From Okamejei kenojei (lineage: Eukaryota), in contig CM069136.1 in assembly GCA_035221665.1 (NCBI GenBank), positions 110,484,001 to 110,548,000 on the forward strand: 64,000 nucleotides of DNA. The letters are read 5' to 3'. The notes under the pieces were generated by a model. It was not told where the DNA came from. It ran no database searches and saw only the letters and a program-made list of their open reading frames with translations. Both the position numbers and the translations under genes were made by a program. Positions 11,941 through 24,465 of the stretch are shown one piece after another; the stretch's first letter is position 1, and each line of letters starts with the position of its first letter.

Positions 11941-12824
11941 TTGAATTACACATTGTGGGCTGAAGGGCCTGTTTGTGTGCTGCAATGCTGCTCTATGTTC
12001 TATGCTAATCTCTCAGGACAATATGCCATCTGCTGAATGCAGGCAAAATGTAATAGTTTCTCAGTTAAAAAACAAAAGAAAAATGCAGATGCTGTAAATC
12101 TGATATAAAACAGTGGAGACATTCAGCAGATCAGGCAGTGTCTGTGGAAAGAGGAACACTTTATGTTTCAGGTACAGAGCCAAATTCTCATAAAGGTCCT
12201 AAACGTGAAACATTGACTATTTCTCTTTGCACAGTTGCTGCTGACAAGCTGAGAATTTCCATTTTATCTCAGATTATGAGATTGATTGACTGTATTAACA
12301 ATGATTGGATCGTTAACAGAATACTTCTACTGTAATTACCCAGCTTGCTTCCCCGAGCAAGTTCACTGCTCAGGGCCAGAGAAACATGAGAAGAAAGATA
12401 AATTAACCAGACTTTCCAAAGCTTCCAATGTCATGGAGTTTGTTTTAGACCTGAATGCACTGATCGATGATGGTTTAATAACAATGCCTATCATTAATAT
12501 ACCATCATGCTTTGAACTAGCTTGGTGCCAGTGGTAGGGCATAATGTTTCCATCATCAGTTTATTAACTTGCAATATTTTGGGCTAGCCATCCAGAGTGG
12601 TGCCTAATGAGATTTAATTTTCAACTAGTTAACATTAATGGAGACAGTTATCAATTATTGAGATAAAAACATTTTTCGTTTTCTGCATTGCCTGTCTAAT
12701 CTTATTGCAGAATGATATGATAAATTTGTTGTTGAGTCTACTTTGTGGTTAATCATTTTGCTGTTATTAATATCCTTTTTCATTGACATACTCACAAGAA
12801 GAATCAGTCTGAAATGCTGTTTGT

Positions 12825-12962
12825 CTTCTTCTTGCGTATGGCGTGCACAGCCTAAAGTTGTAGGCCAACTTGTTCTATTTGATCTTATTTGATTGTGCAC
12901 GCCAGGTTGATTGCATTCGTTGAAACAGGGCGGACCACGTGAATGCTGAGATCTCCCACCCC
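12825..12962 (-). mobile_element. 138-nt SINE-like retroelement with HDV-like ribozyme head and (GAA)n tail
   Basis: Perfect 12-bp TSD AATGCTGTTTGT (12813-12824, 12963-12974); 3' end ...GCCATACGCAAGAAGAAG. Confidence 0.85.
12909..12962 (-). ncRNA. HDV-like ribozyme motif (partly decayed copy)
   Basis: P1 GGGGUGG/CCGCCCU with G1-U wobble, L3 UUCACGU, P3' GGU, short P4, J4/2 CGAA, P2' UGCAAUC; 5' strands of P2 and P3 carry mismatches. Confidence 0.65.
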
Positions 12963-15399
12963 AATGCTGTTTGTGATCAGATGCATCTTCGGCAGCTTAA
13001 CTAGTCATCCTGCAACTGAATGCAATGTATTTATGAGCTCCATTTGCTAGAATCCCTATGTTTGATCTTCCACTGCTCACTGTCCTCTCCCATCGTCTCC
13101 CAACATTGCCTAAAGTCAGTGAAAAAACCTTCTATTCACATGGAGCTCAAGGGATCAGTGTGTTTTACAGCTAATACCATCTTTTCAAAGTGTTCTCTAT
13201 TGTAATAATGAACCTCGGCAGCTAGATTGTGCATAGTAAGACCCCACTGGCAAAAGAATGACCATTTAAAATGAGCTTATTCTGATCGTATGGCATGTAT
13301 TGGATTGAACTCCAAGGAGAACATCCTTGATAATTTTCCTGTCTTTCAAACAGAGCAACGGGCTTCTTCCCAGAGTCTTATCCAATGTTAAGCAACTGAT
13401 GTCACTAACCCTGATCACTGTTAAATTGGTGTGGGGTACCTTAATGTTTTCAATTTTGTTAACCTATTCACTGCATCATGGTAGTTAGGACATTTGAGAA
13501 AAGAATTGCGATTGAACATTTGATAAGGACCACTCTTTATTTCTCGTACTACTCAATAATGAACAAAGTAGTCAGTTTAGCAGTGGATCCTTTACCACTT
13601 TAGTCTAAATATCTTGGAACTTGATACTATAAATCTCATTGATCTCCTATATCATTCACTCTTTCCCAATGCAAAATATAATTATGTGTTTTTTTCACCA
13701 CTCTCAATGAAAAGGGAAACTACTCACAAAGTTAACTTGATATGGCATTTTATTGCCCATGTTACCACCTTACTCTAGAAGATAATACAGTCTGTCTCAT
13801 TTAGAAGAAGAAATGTTGTACGCATTTTCGTTTTAGTGGTGTCTGTAAGTGCAGACAACATTCTCTCTGACTCAATATTCTAAACATTGATGTGGTTAGT
13901 GCAAGAAATGTGCTTTGCAAGACATTTTGATCCATTTCCAACCATTCCAAGAAGCTGCTTTTAACTCTTTTTTTTTCTCTTCATATTCCTGTAAAGATTC
14001 AGCGGATCAGTCTGAAGAAGGGTCCTGACCCAAAATATCACCTGACCAATTCCTCCACAGATGCTGAGTTCTTCCATTATTTAACCTTATTTCATGACCG
14101 TATCCTAATTTTGTACTGCTTCTAATCAATGATGGCTAACCTTTGAACATTTTCTGAATGTCCATTTACATCCAATCCACTACATTTCTACCATGTTCTT
14201 GTTTATATTGCTGCCTCGGAGATTTATTTATCAAGCGACGGTCATTTGTACTGAAAAATAGATTGGCTGCAACTAATTATTTTATCATAGCATCAAATTA
14301 TTAAATGAAGTTATCTTCATTTATAGATTCCAAGATGTCTGACAAATGCAACATTACAACGCACAGTTATGTTTTCTATAATTCACTTCATTATCTTGAA
14401 TGGAGCTCCATTTGGTTTCTAAATTGTTCATTGTATTCGTTAATTTTGCAGCAGTAACCAGACTAATCAATTACCAGCTCGTGTTAATTTACATTGCAAA
14501 GGATTCAAATTTGATTCAATAGCTAATTTATACTTTGCATGTATTTTGTCTGCTGTCTCTGTACGCAACAGGGGTCCTGTTCCATTTAAAGAGATTATAT
14601 GAGTGATTATAGGATTAACATCACAAGTCATGGGTAAAATTGTGGTTTCCCAGGACAAGGGATGAACTAAATTGCTCAGAGAAAGCAAATAATAGCCTGA
14701 AAACTGAAAATAAATTAGCAGCAGAGGCTGCTTTGATGATAAATTGTTTTCAGGGTAAAATGCTGTTTGTATAAAGAATTATGTCTGTTGAAATGAAAAT
14801 GAAAGTTAATCAAGTAAAACTCATTTTCTTAAATCATGAAATTACAGTTTTTTTTTAAAAGGTTTGCTTTGGAGTCAAAATGGTGAGTATAAAAGTCTAT
14901 GGTGAAAATCATAATCTGACGTCTGACTTCTTTGTCACAGTTAATTCCTTGTGATCACCAAAGTTCCATTTGAATTGGGAAACCAGACATTTGTAGCATG
15001 TTTGTCACATGAGAGATGCCCGTAGGGAAGAGGTAACATCAGTGTTAGGAACTTGTCTCTCTGTGTGTTACATGGTATTTCATTTTGCATGGACTGATGG
15101 CAAATGTACCTCCTTTTCTTTTCCAGTTTATTTCAGCTAACTCGTCTGTCATTTTGAGCATTTTGCAGCTCGAGGGAAATAATCCAATTTTCATAGTCTC
15201 TCATTGTTACTCCCTCATCCCTATAATTCTCTGCACCTTCTCCAAGGCTCTGTTTCCCTTGCTAAAACTGACTGCTGAAATTGTGTTCCAGCTCAATCCC
15301 CTTGTGCAGTGACTTTACACTTTCTCACATCTTCCTCTGCTAGAGAAGGAGGCCATTTACCCTACTGGACCGATAGCCACCACCATATAGCCTATAGAG

Positions 15400-15712
15400 T
15401 CAACAGCCACCAACAGAATAATCCTATCAATCCCACTCCCCTATTTACTTCCCTGTCACCTCTCTCATGAACTCACAAACTCCTCATGATTCCCCCAACA
15501 ACCACTTACATCAGGAGCAATGTACATTAACCAATAAATTGGAAAAAAAACACACACCTTTAGCATGTGGGAGGAAACTGAAGCATCTGGGGGAAACCCA
15601 TGCAGACAATGTGCAAACTCTAGGCAGATAGAACCTGAGGTCAAGATGGAATCCAGGGTACTGAAGCCTAAAACTGCCGCATACCTGCAGCACCATCGTA
15701 CCATCACTGTTT
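15400..15712 (-). mobile_element. Old HE1/V-SINE
   Basis: Degenerate V domain (atgtgggaggaaactgaagcatctgggggaaaccc...tgcaaactc). Confidence 0.7.
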
Positions 15713-16009
15713 GGCCTCTCCAGTGAATTTGTGAGGTTTACTGTAACGTTTGATTAGTACGGGTGTCAGTGGTTATGGGGAGAAGGCATGAGAATGGGGT
15801 TGACAGGGGAAGATAGATCAGTCATTGATTCAATGAGACGAATGTCCAAATTCTGCTCCTATAACTTAAGAACTTCTGAACATGAACTCTGTGCCTCAGC
15901 TTGTAAAACCAACATCTTTCATTTAAAGAAGAAATCTAGTTACACTTTCTGGAGGTAACCAGATTACCAATAGATAACATTATTTTCTTTAACCAATTAA
16001 ATGTTAAAA

Positions 16010-16380
16010 TAGAAACATAGAAACATAGAAATTAAGTGTAGGAGTAGGCCATTCGGCCCTTCGAGCCTGCACCGCCATTCAATATGTTCATGGCTGATCA
16101 TCCAACCCAGTATCCTGTACCTGCCTTCTCTCCATACCCTCTGATCCCCTTAGCCACAAGGGCCACATCTAACTCCCTCTTAAATATAGCCAATGAACTG
16201 ACCTCAACTACCCTCTGTGGCAGAAAGTTCCAGAGACTCACCACTCTCTGTGTGAAAAAAGTCTTTCTCATCTCGGTCTTAAAGGATTTCCCCCTTCTCC
16301 TTAAGCTGTGACCCCTTGTCCTGGACTTCCCCAACATCGGGAACAATCTTCCTGCATCTAGCCTGTCCAACCCCTTAAAT
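16010..16380 (-). mobile_element. Young CR1 3' fragment
   Basis: ORF 16098-16415 KGLDRLDAGRLFPMLGKSRTRGHSL...FFTQRVVSLWNFLP; (catagaaa)n tail. Confidence 0.92.
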
Positions 16381-16956
16381 GTTGGATGCCTCACCCTTTT
16401 CTTGCTTAAAGTCAATGGAGGAAAGGAAGAGTCCTTTCTTAGTGGCAGCAGTTAAAGCACTTTCAAAGAAGTGAACAATGAAAATGCTGATCAGGGTAAA
16501 TGTTATTTCTATCAGTCTTCATTGTCAGCCAGGCAATACTTGCATAGGTCATATTGTCCCGTTAGCATTCGGAGAACATTATGTGAGTTATCAGGGTACT
16601 TAAAAACATAATGTAGGTGTTGGAACATAGGGATTATTGGTTGGTTTTCATACGCACGAGAATATGATGAAAGAAATGTTACCAGATGATTGCTGTGAAA
16701 CTCTAAGGAGAATATGCACTTATCAAGACTTTATTCATAATATATACAGAAACTATGATCGGGGCATCTCTTTCTCTACACTCATTGCACCTTCAATTAA
16801 ATACTTACCCTTACTAAGCATTAATGAACCGAATGGAGCCTCTGTTTCCTGCTTCTACCTTATTTGGAAAGTTGCATTCGAAGCTTCCCACAAACTTCAT
16901 TATCCTTCAAGGTGACTAGCAGTTGGTCCTCCCATTCTGCCATCCAATTGGTCAAG

Positions 16957-17034
16957 CTAAGAGAAGATTCTGGAAAGCTACACATGAGTACAACTAAGAG
17001 AAGATTCTGGAAAGCTACACATGAGTACAACTAA
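16957..17034 (+). repeat. Perfect 37-bp tandem duplication
   Basis: ctaagagaagattctggaaagctacacatgagtacaa x2. Confidence 0.95.
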
Positions 17035-17364
17035 TACCCATCAGCAAACCAGTGTAGCAATAACTCATGTTTCCTACTTAAATGATGCACCCATCAAGTG
17101 ACCTGAGTTCGATCCTGACCTTGGGTGCTGTCTGTGTAGAGTTTACATATTCTCCCTGTGACCATGTGGGTTTGCTCTGGGTGCTCTGGTTTCCTCCCAC
17201 ATCCCATAGACATGTGGGTTTGCACGTTAATTGGCCCTTGCCCGCTCGAGCACTCCCTGGACTTGGGGGCCCCGGTCACTTTCCCTTGAAACAACCGCAA
17301 GACCTTATTGATGCATTCAAGCTTCACCCAAAACTAATTTTCCTTTAATGTGATGAGCGTCGCT

Positions 17365-17915
17365 TTACCTCACCCCTCCACTCCATTCAAGGACCCAAGC
17401 AGTCATCCGTTCCAGTTCCGACCGCAGAGGTTCACCTGCAAGCTCCTCCAACCTCATCTAACTCATCTACTGCATCCGCTGCTCTAGATGTCAGCTGATC
17501 TATATCGGTGCGACCAAGCGGAGGCTTGGCGATCGTTTTGCTGAACACCTCCGCTCGGTCCGCATTAACCAACCCGACCTCCCGGTGGCTCAGCACTTCA
17601 ACTCCCCCTCCCATTCCGTATCCGACTTCTCTGTCCTGGGCCTCCTCCACGGCCAGAGTGAGCAACACCGCAAATGGGAGGAACAACACCTCATATTCCG
17701 CTTGGGGAGTCTGCATCCTCTTGGCATGAACATCGAATTCTCTCAATTCTGTTAACCCTTGTTGTCTCCTCCCCTTCCTACCTCCTCCTCCTTTTTCCTT
17801 TATTCCCCCCACCCCCATCAGTCTGAAGAAGGGTTTTGGCCCGAAACATTGCCTATCTCCTTTGCTCCATAGATGCTGCTGCACCCGCTGAGTTTCCCCA
17901 GCATTTTGTGTACCC
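17365..17915 (+). mobile_element. Penelope GIY-YIG/3' end fragment
   Basis: IYCIRCSRCQLIYIG.TKRRLGDRFAEHLRSV; hammerhead-like ctgaagaagggttttggcccgaaac at about 17823. Confidence 0.9.
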
Positions 17916-18210
17916 AGGTGAAGATGGTATCAGGAACACCTAAGGCAAGAGACCAATCTTCATGAAGAGTAGAGACCCCTGGACTTTGGAAACCCAATGA
18001 AGATGCCTGTGACCCCCTCAAGTATAACATATAGTGTTTGGGACACTGCTCTTCTACTTATCAAGATAAGAAGATGCTCTTAAGTACTGGATGAGTCTGT
18101 GTGTGTGTGTGCAGGTTAACAAAGTGTAGACAGTGCAAGGGGATCTGACATCTGTCCTTTTGGTTGCCTCGAAAGTATAAAACACCTTGGTAAAATGCAC
18201 TTAGAAAGAA

Positions 18211-18533
18211 ATGTTTAAGAAAGAACTGCAGATGCTGGAAAAATCGAAGGTAGACAAAAATGCTGGAGAAACTCGGCGGGTGAGGCAGCATCTATGGAGA
18301 GAAGGAATAGGCGACGTTTCGGGTTGAGATCCTTCTTCAGACTGATGTCAGGGGGGGTGGGGCTGGAAAAGAAAGGGAATTGGAGCACCTCATATTTTGT
18401 TTGGATAGTTTACACCCCAACAGTATGAACATTGACCTCTAATTTCAGATAGTCCTTGCATTCTCCCTCCTTCACCTCCCACTTCCTAGCTCTCCCACAG
18501 CCCACGGTCCCCGCCTGTTCCTTTCTTTTTCCC

Positions 18534-18567
<34 letters not shown>

Positions 18568-18670
18568 ACATCAGTCTGAAGAAGGGTCTCGACCCAAAAC
18601 GTTGCCTATTCCTTCTCTCCATAGATACTGCCTCACCCGCTGTTTCGCCAGCATTTTTGTCTACCTTACG
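18211..18670. mobile_element. Palindromic (head-to-head) Penelope-end insertion with TSD
   Basis: Inverted arms; flanks cttagaaagaa (18200-18210) / cttagaaataa (18671-18681). Confidence 0.85.
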
Positions 18671-18744
18671 CTTAGAAATAATATTGGTTGAGGTGCTCAG
18701 AAAGAACAGGTGCAGCAGTGCCAATTGAAGGAAAAGAATAACAC

Positions 18745-18990
18745 TCTTTCACGTACATTTCATATGGCTTTGTGAAGCATTTTACATTCAATTAAGTCAT
18801 TTTGAAGTGTAATTACTGTTCAAATGCGGGTAATTGCAGTAGTGAATATATGCACGGCAAGCTCCCTTGAACAGCATTTTGTGATTGCTGCACAGGAGAA
18901 TTGGTCACGGTTTTTTTGTTTCAATTGGCCTTGAATTCACAACCACTCTGGAAGAATCCTCCCTAGAGGCACACATCAACATTTTTGATA
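18745..18990 (-). mobile_element. Deu-domain SINE remnant (SacSINE1/AmnSINE-like)
   Basis: ttttgaagtgtaattactgtt...tgcacggcaagctccc..aacagca; similar remnants near 2000-2300, 13210-13400, 35700-36085, 48225-48370. Confidence 0.55.
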
Positions 18991-19114
18991 GCATCACAAA
19001 TGATTTATATGTGGACACCCCTGCAGTCATCAAATTATTTACGGGAAACTTCCCGTACAAATACTATCATGTTCAAACTAGTTAATCCAATGCATGAATC
19101 TCGTACCACGTCCG

Positions 19115-19395
19115 TATTTAGAGATACAGGAGATACAGCGCAGGAACAGGCCCATAGGCTCACTGAGTCCACGCCGACCAGCGATCCACGCATATCAATA
19201 CCACCCACCAAACACTCGGGACAATTTTACATTTATACCAAGCCAATTAAACCTATAAACCTGTACGTATTTGGTTGTGGGAAGAAACCGAAAATCTCGG
19301 AGAAAATCCCACACAGATCATGGGGAGAAGGTATAAACTCTATGACAAGGAGTTAGGATTGAACCTGGGTCTGTAAGACAGTAGCTCTACCACTA
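19115..19395 (-). mobile_element. HE1/V-SINE
   Basis: gagatacagcgcaggaacaggccc...tgtgggaagaaaccgaaaatctcggag. Confidence 0.8.
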
Positions 19396-20196
19396 CCTGT
19401 ACCTGTACCTCTACCTGTATTCTATTGAAAGATCATCAATCCAAAATGTGAACTCAGTTTCTTTCTCCCTCGGTCCAATATGACTTGCTGAGTGCTTACA
19501 ACATTTAATTTTTTATTATTTTGATAAAGAATGTAGATTACGGCTGATGGAGAGCAACATGTCAGTTTATTACGGAAGAAAATAATGTAAACTCATTATA
19601 GAAATTCACCAAAGTAAATAATGATTAAAATGGCTAAAGATAAATATATAAAATTGACATAATGGAAAGAAATATAGACAAGGAATGGAAATTTAAACTA
19701 GAAAATTTTTAATTTCAGAAAAGGTAAAAATGAGAAATTAAATGGAACGGAACTTCAAAACCAGAGTAATAAGAACATAAAATGCTGTTCATGCACAGCA
19801 GATCAGGAGAGAGAGGGAATGCATTGATTTTTTAGATCTGGGATCTTTCATCAGAACTGATATAGAAATAGAAGAAAAGCTTTACCACTCATTGAAGTTC
19901 TGATGACTATTCCTAGACCTAAAATGGTGGCTGTTTCTCCCTCCACTGATGCTGTTTGACTTGCTGGGATTATGCAGCACTCTCTGTTTTTAATCAGATT
20001 TCCAACATCTGTTTTTTGTTTTTAATTTCCAAGCCTAGATACAAGTTAACATTTTATAGATTTCAACCTAATTCTTATGGTTACATTTCCAAAAGGCCTT
20101 TTCCAACCTTTGGCATCTCATCATCTGTATTTCTCCCATTCATACACCTCCTCAGCACCTCTTTCCTTTGCTCCACCACTGGTGGGTATGTCCAAT

Positions 20197-21785
20197 GAAA
20201 GAAGGAGGGAGAGAGAAAAACGGGGAATTATAGACTAGTTAGCCTTACATTGTTTGTGGGGAAGATGCTAGAGTCGATTATTAAAGATGTAATAGCAGCG
20301 CATTTGGAAAGCAGTAAAAGTCAGCATGGATTTATGCAGGGGAAATCATGCTTGACTAAACTTCTGGAATTTTTTGAGGATGTAATAAGTAGAATGGATA
20401 AGGGAGAGCCAGTGGATATAGTGTATCTGGACTTTCAAAAAGTCCCACACAAGAGATTATGTGCAAGATTAGAGTACATGGTATTGAGGGTAGGGTATTG
20501 ACATTGATAGAGAACGTTTTGGCAGACAGGAAGCAAAGTGTAGGAATTAATGGGTCATTTTCAGAATGGGAGGCCGTTACTAGTGGGGTGCTGCCAGGCT
20601 CAGTGCTGGGACCCCAGTTATTCACCATATATATTAACGATTTAGACGAGGGAATTAAATGTAACATCTCCAAGTTTGCGGATGACACAAAGCTGGGTGG
20701 CAATGTGAGCTGCGAGGAGGATGCTATAAGGCTGCAGGGTGACTTGGATAGGTTGGGAGACTGAACAGATGCATGGCAGGTGCAGTATAATGTGTATAAA
20801 TGTGAGGTTATCCACTTTGGTGGTAAGAATAAAAAGGCAGATTATTATCTGAATGGTAGGTAGACAAAAATGCTGGAGAAACTCAGCGGGTGAGGCAGCA
20901 TCTATGGAGCGAAGGAAATAGGCAACATTTTGAGCCAAAACCCTTCAGTCCTATTTCCTTTGCTCCATAGATGCTGCCGCACCCGCTGAGTTTCTCCAGC
21001 ATTTTTGTCTACCTTCGAATTTCCAGCATCTGCAGTTCCTTCTTAAACATTATTTGAATGGTGTCAGATTAGGAAAAGGGGAGGTACAACAAGACCTGGG
21101 TATGGTTGTACATCAGTCACTGACAGTAAGCATGCAGGTACAGCAGGCAGTGAAGAAAGCAAATGGCATGTTGGCCTTCATAGCGAGAGGGTTTGAATAT
21201 AGGAGCAAGGAGGACCTACTGCAGTCGTACAGGGCCCTGGTGAGACCGCACCTGGAGAATAGTGTGTAGTTTTGGTCTCCTAATTTGAGGAAGGACATTC
21301 TTGCTATTGAGGGAGTGCAGAGAAGATTCACCAGATTAATTCCCAGGACTGGCAGGACTGACATATGATGAAAGAATGGGTTGACTGGGCTTGAATTCTC
21401 TGGAATTTAGAAGGATGAGAGGCAATCTGAAGGAAACATATAAAAATCTTAAGGAACGCAGGAAAAATGTTCCCGATGTTGGGGGAGTTCAGAACCAGGG
21501 GTCACAGTTTAAGTATAAGGGGTGGGTCATTTAGGACTGAGATGAGGAATAACGTTTTCACCAGAGTTGTGAATCTGTGGAATTCTCTGCCACAGAAGGC
21601 AGTGGAGGCCAATTCTCTGGATGTTTTCAAGAGAGAGTTAGTTTTAGCTCTTAGGGCTAGTGGAATCAAGGAATATGGGGGAAAAAGCAGGAACGGGGTA
21701 CTGATTTTGGATGATCAGCAATGATCATATTGAATGGCGGTGTAGGCGTAATAGCCTAATCCTGCACCTATTTTCTATGTTTCTG
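20197..21785 (+). mobile_element. CR1 LINE (RT domain to 3' tail), frameshifted, interrupted at 20858-21048
   Basis: QHGFMQGKSCLT, VYLDFQK, SGV.PGSVLGPQLFTIYINDL, KFADDTKLGG. Confidence 0.95.
20858..21048. mobile_element. Palindromic Penelope-end insertion inside CR1
   Basis: Arms aggtagacaaaaatgctggagaaactcagcgggtg... and ...cacccgctgagtttctccagcatttttgtctacct; 14-bp TSD attat(c/t)tgaatggt at 20844-20857 and 21049-21062. Confidence 0.88.
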
Positions 21786-23919
21786 TCTTCAGCAGCTAAA
21801 AAATCATTCACCATAAACAATCGTCATTCCTCCTTTAAGTCTTTGCTGCAAACCTATGTCTGTGACCAAGCTTGGTGTTAAAGATAAAGTATAAAATGTT
21901 ATATGTCGTGCACTGCTGAATTTGTACACTTGACTGCCAATTACAGCTTTTCAGCGTTTGGATAGCTTGAAAGATTGATGATTGAGGAAAAACAGTAATA
22001 TTGATTTATATTTCAAAGAAAACAAAAGGATAAACTGAATTGATATTAAGAGGAATATTAATTGATATTAATGCCGATACCAATGTTACATACATGACTA
22101 CTCAATGCCACAAACATAACCTTATCAGAAAAATGGGATGTGTTGTTTGGCAGTACCCTCACTATAGATCACAAGAAATTGCAGTGAATTGTGGAGAAAG
22201 CCCAGCCCATCGCACAGCCAGTACTCACCAACACACCCATGCCTCTGTCCCCACCATCGACTTCATCTACTGTACACTTCACAATGCCCTGGAAAGCACC
22301 CAACATAGTCAACAACCATTGCCACTCTACTGATTAGTCCGACCACAAACTGGTACATACAGTAGTCGCAATCGTCCAACCTGCCTCATGGTGGACCTTT
22401 CACTCTCCCCAAAGCCTTCACATGTTTCCTATAATGGAGCAACCAGAAAGAATTTCCAAATGTGGCTTAACCAAAGTTTCATACAGCTGCAACATGACTT
22501 CCTGACTCTTGGATTAATGCCTCGGTCGATGAAGGCAAGCATACCACATACCCTCTTTACAACTCTATTTACTTGTCGGGGACTAGAGATCTGGAGTCCA
22601 TGATCCATCTTTTCAGTAATGCTACTTAGGATGCTGCTATTAACTATTTAGTTTCCACTTATTTGCCCTTAGTTTCTTACCAGAGGATTTTAGGATTGTA
22701 AACCCCTATCTCGCCAGGGACTAACTTACTGTACCAATTTACTGTTGTGTGGTGTCTTTTTAATTGCTGTTTCTTCTTTTTTTTTTCTCCCACAAATATG
22801 TCATTATTGATTTTGTTCCATTCTGTTTTGTAGTTTTTTTGCACAATCCGCGAGCATTGCCACTTTTCATTTCACTGCACATCTCATATGCGTATGTGGC
22901 GAATAGACTTGACTTGCCTTACTGTTTTATATTCTATACTCTATTTGACCTACCAAATTGTTACCCCTCACACTTGTCTGGATTAAGCTCCATCTCCCAT
23001 TTCACCAGCCATGTATATCCTGCTGTATCTTTCGGCAGCCTTCTTCATAGTCTGCAATTCCACCAATCACATAATTTATTAGTTTATAAGATTACATGTT
23101 AATTTGCATCATTAAGAACATTTTACATGCAATGAAAGTATTTCCATTTGCTTCTGTCCACCCTGTTCTGAAGATCCCATTTCTAACCCTTTCAAATGTC
23201 TGGTCTACACTAAGTTAATCTTCTTAAGAAACATCTTAGCACAACTAAGGCATTATGACAGCTCCTGGAATGGGGTGGGAGGGGAGGAGGAAATCAATCA
23301 GCATGAGGCAGTATTAACAGTTGCACAGGAATCTAGAATACTTTCATATTGATTTAGAGTCACAGAGCGATACAGCATGGAAATGGGCCTTTCTGTCCTT
23401 GCTGAACATCAACCTCTCACTCACATCAACCCTATCATAATCCCATAGTTTTATTCTCATCAACTCCCCCCAGATTACCTGAATGCTCGGGCAATGTACA
23501 GAGAGGCCAATTAATGTAACACCGCATTGTTAGGATGTAGGTGGGAACTGTATCACTGGGAGGAAACCAACATAGTCACAGGGTGAACATGAAAACTCCA
23601 CACAGACAACACCCAAGCTCAAAACTGAATCCAGATCTCTGGCACTATGAGGCAGAGACTCTGCTAGCTGTGCCAACATTTTGCCCTTCTTTATTTGCTC
23701 TTGTTAATACACTGAACAACGGACTGAAAGGTTACCAGTTTGATAAGAATGAAGCATTAAGGTTACATTCAGATCAGCCAAGCTATGATGAAATGATGGA
23801 CACGTTTTAAGGACTTAGTGGCATTCAAATGTTACTCATTTATATGTTCACATGTCCATTAGATTCGAAATCATTTTTGGTCTTGTTAAATGTTGGAACA
23901 GGCTCAAGGGGCTGACAGG

Positions 23920-24465
23920 TTTATAATTGTCACATGTACCGAAGTTGAGTGAAAAGGTTTGTTTTGCATGCTATCCAATCGAATCAGTTAATACTATACA
24001 TAAATACAATCAAGTCAAACTCGTGTAATAGGTGGAGCTGTTCCTGAGTCTGGTGGTGCGCGCTTTTAAGCTTCTCCATCTTCTGCCCAACAAGATTGGA
24101 GAGAAGAAGGAACGACAATGGTGGGACAAGCCTTTGATTATGGCTTTTCCGAGGCAGCACGGAGTGTAGGTGGTATCAATAGTAGGAAACCTAACCTGTG
24201 TGATGGACTAGGTTACAGCTATATCTCTCTGCAATTTATTGCTGTCTTGGGCAGAGCTGTCTCAAACCAAGCTGTGATCCAACCCGACAGTATACAGTAT
24301 TTTCTGTGATTAATCTAGACGTTTATGTGTCATTGGAGACATGCCAAAATTCCTCAGTCTCCTAGAAAGAAGAGGTATTGGTGTGAATTCTTGTCTTTCA
24401 TTTCAGTGTGGTTGGGCCATGACAGATCAATAATCTTAATGCCAAAGAACTTGAAACTCTCAACC
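23920..24465 (-). mobile_element. Rex1/Babar 3' fragment
   Basis: Similar to 32410-33010; tail ttgtcacatgtaccgaag..gtgaaaag. Confidence 0.65.

Noticed and set aside
12660-12760. Acceptor-like site (ttattgcag) as a coding exon
   Set aside because: Stops within 14 codons in all frames and no recognisable peptide
18535-18567. Long poly-C run (and poly-G at 11261-11280) as functional G-quadruplex sites
   Set aside because: Expanded homopolymers within Penelope 3'UTR copies; their length is unreliable in assemblies
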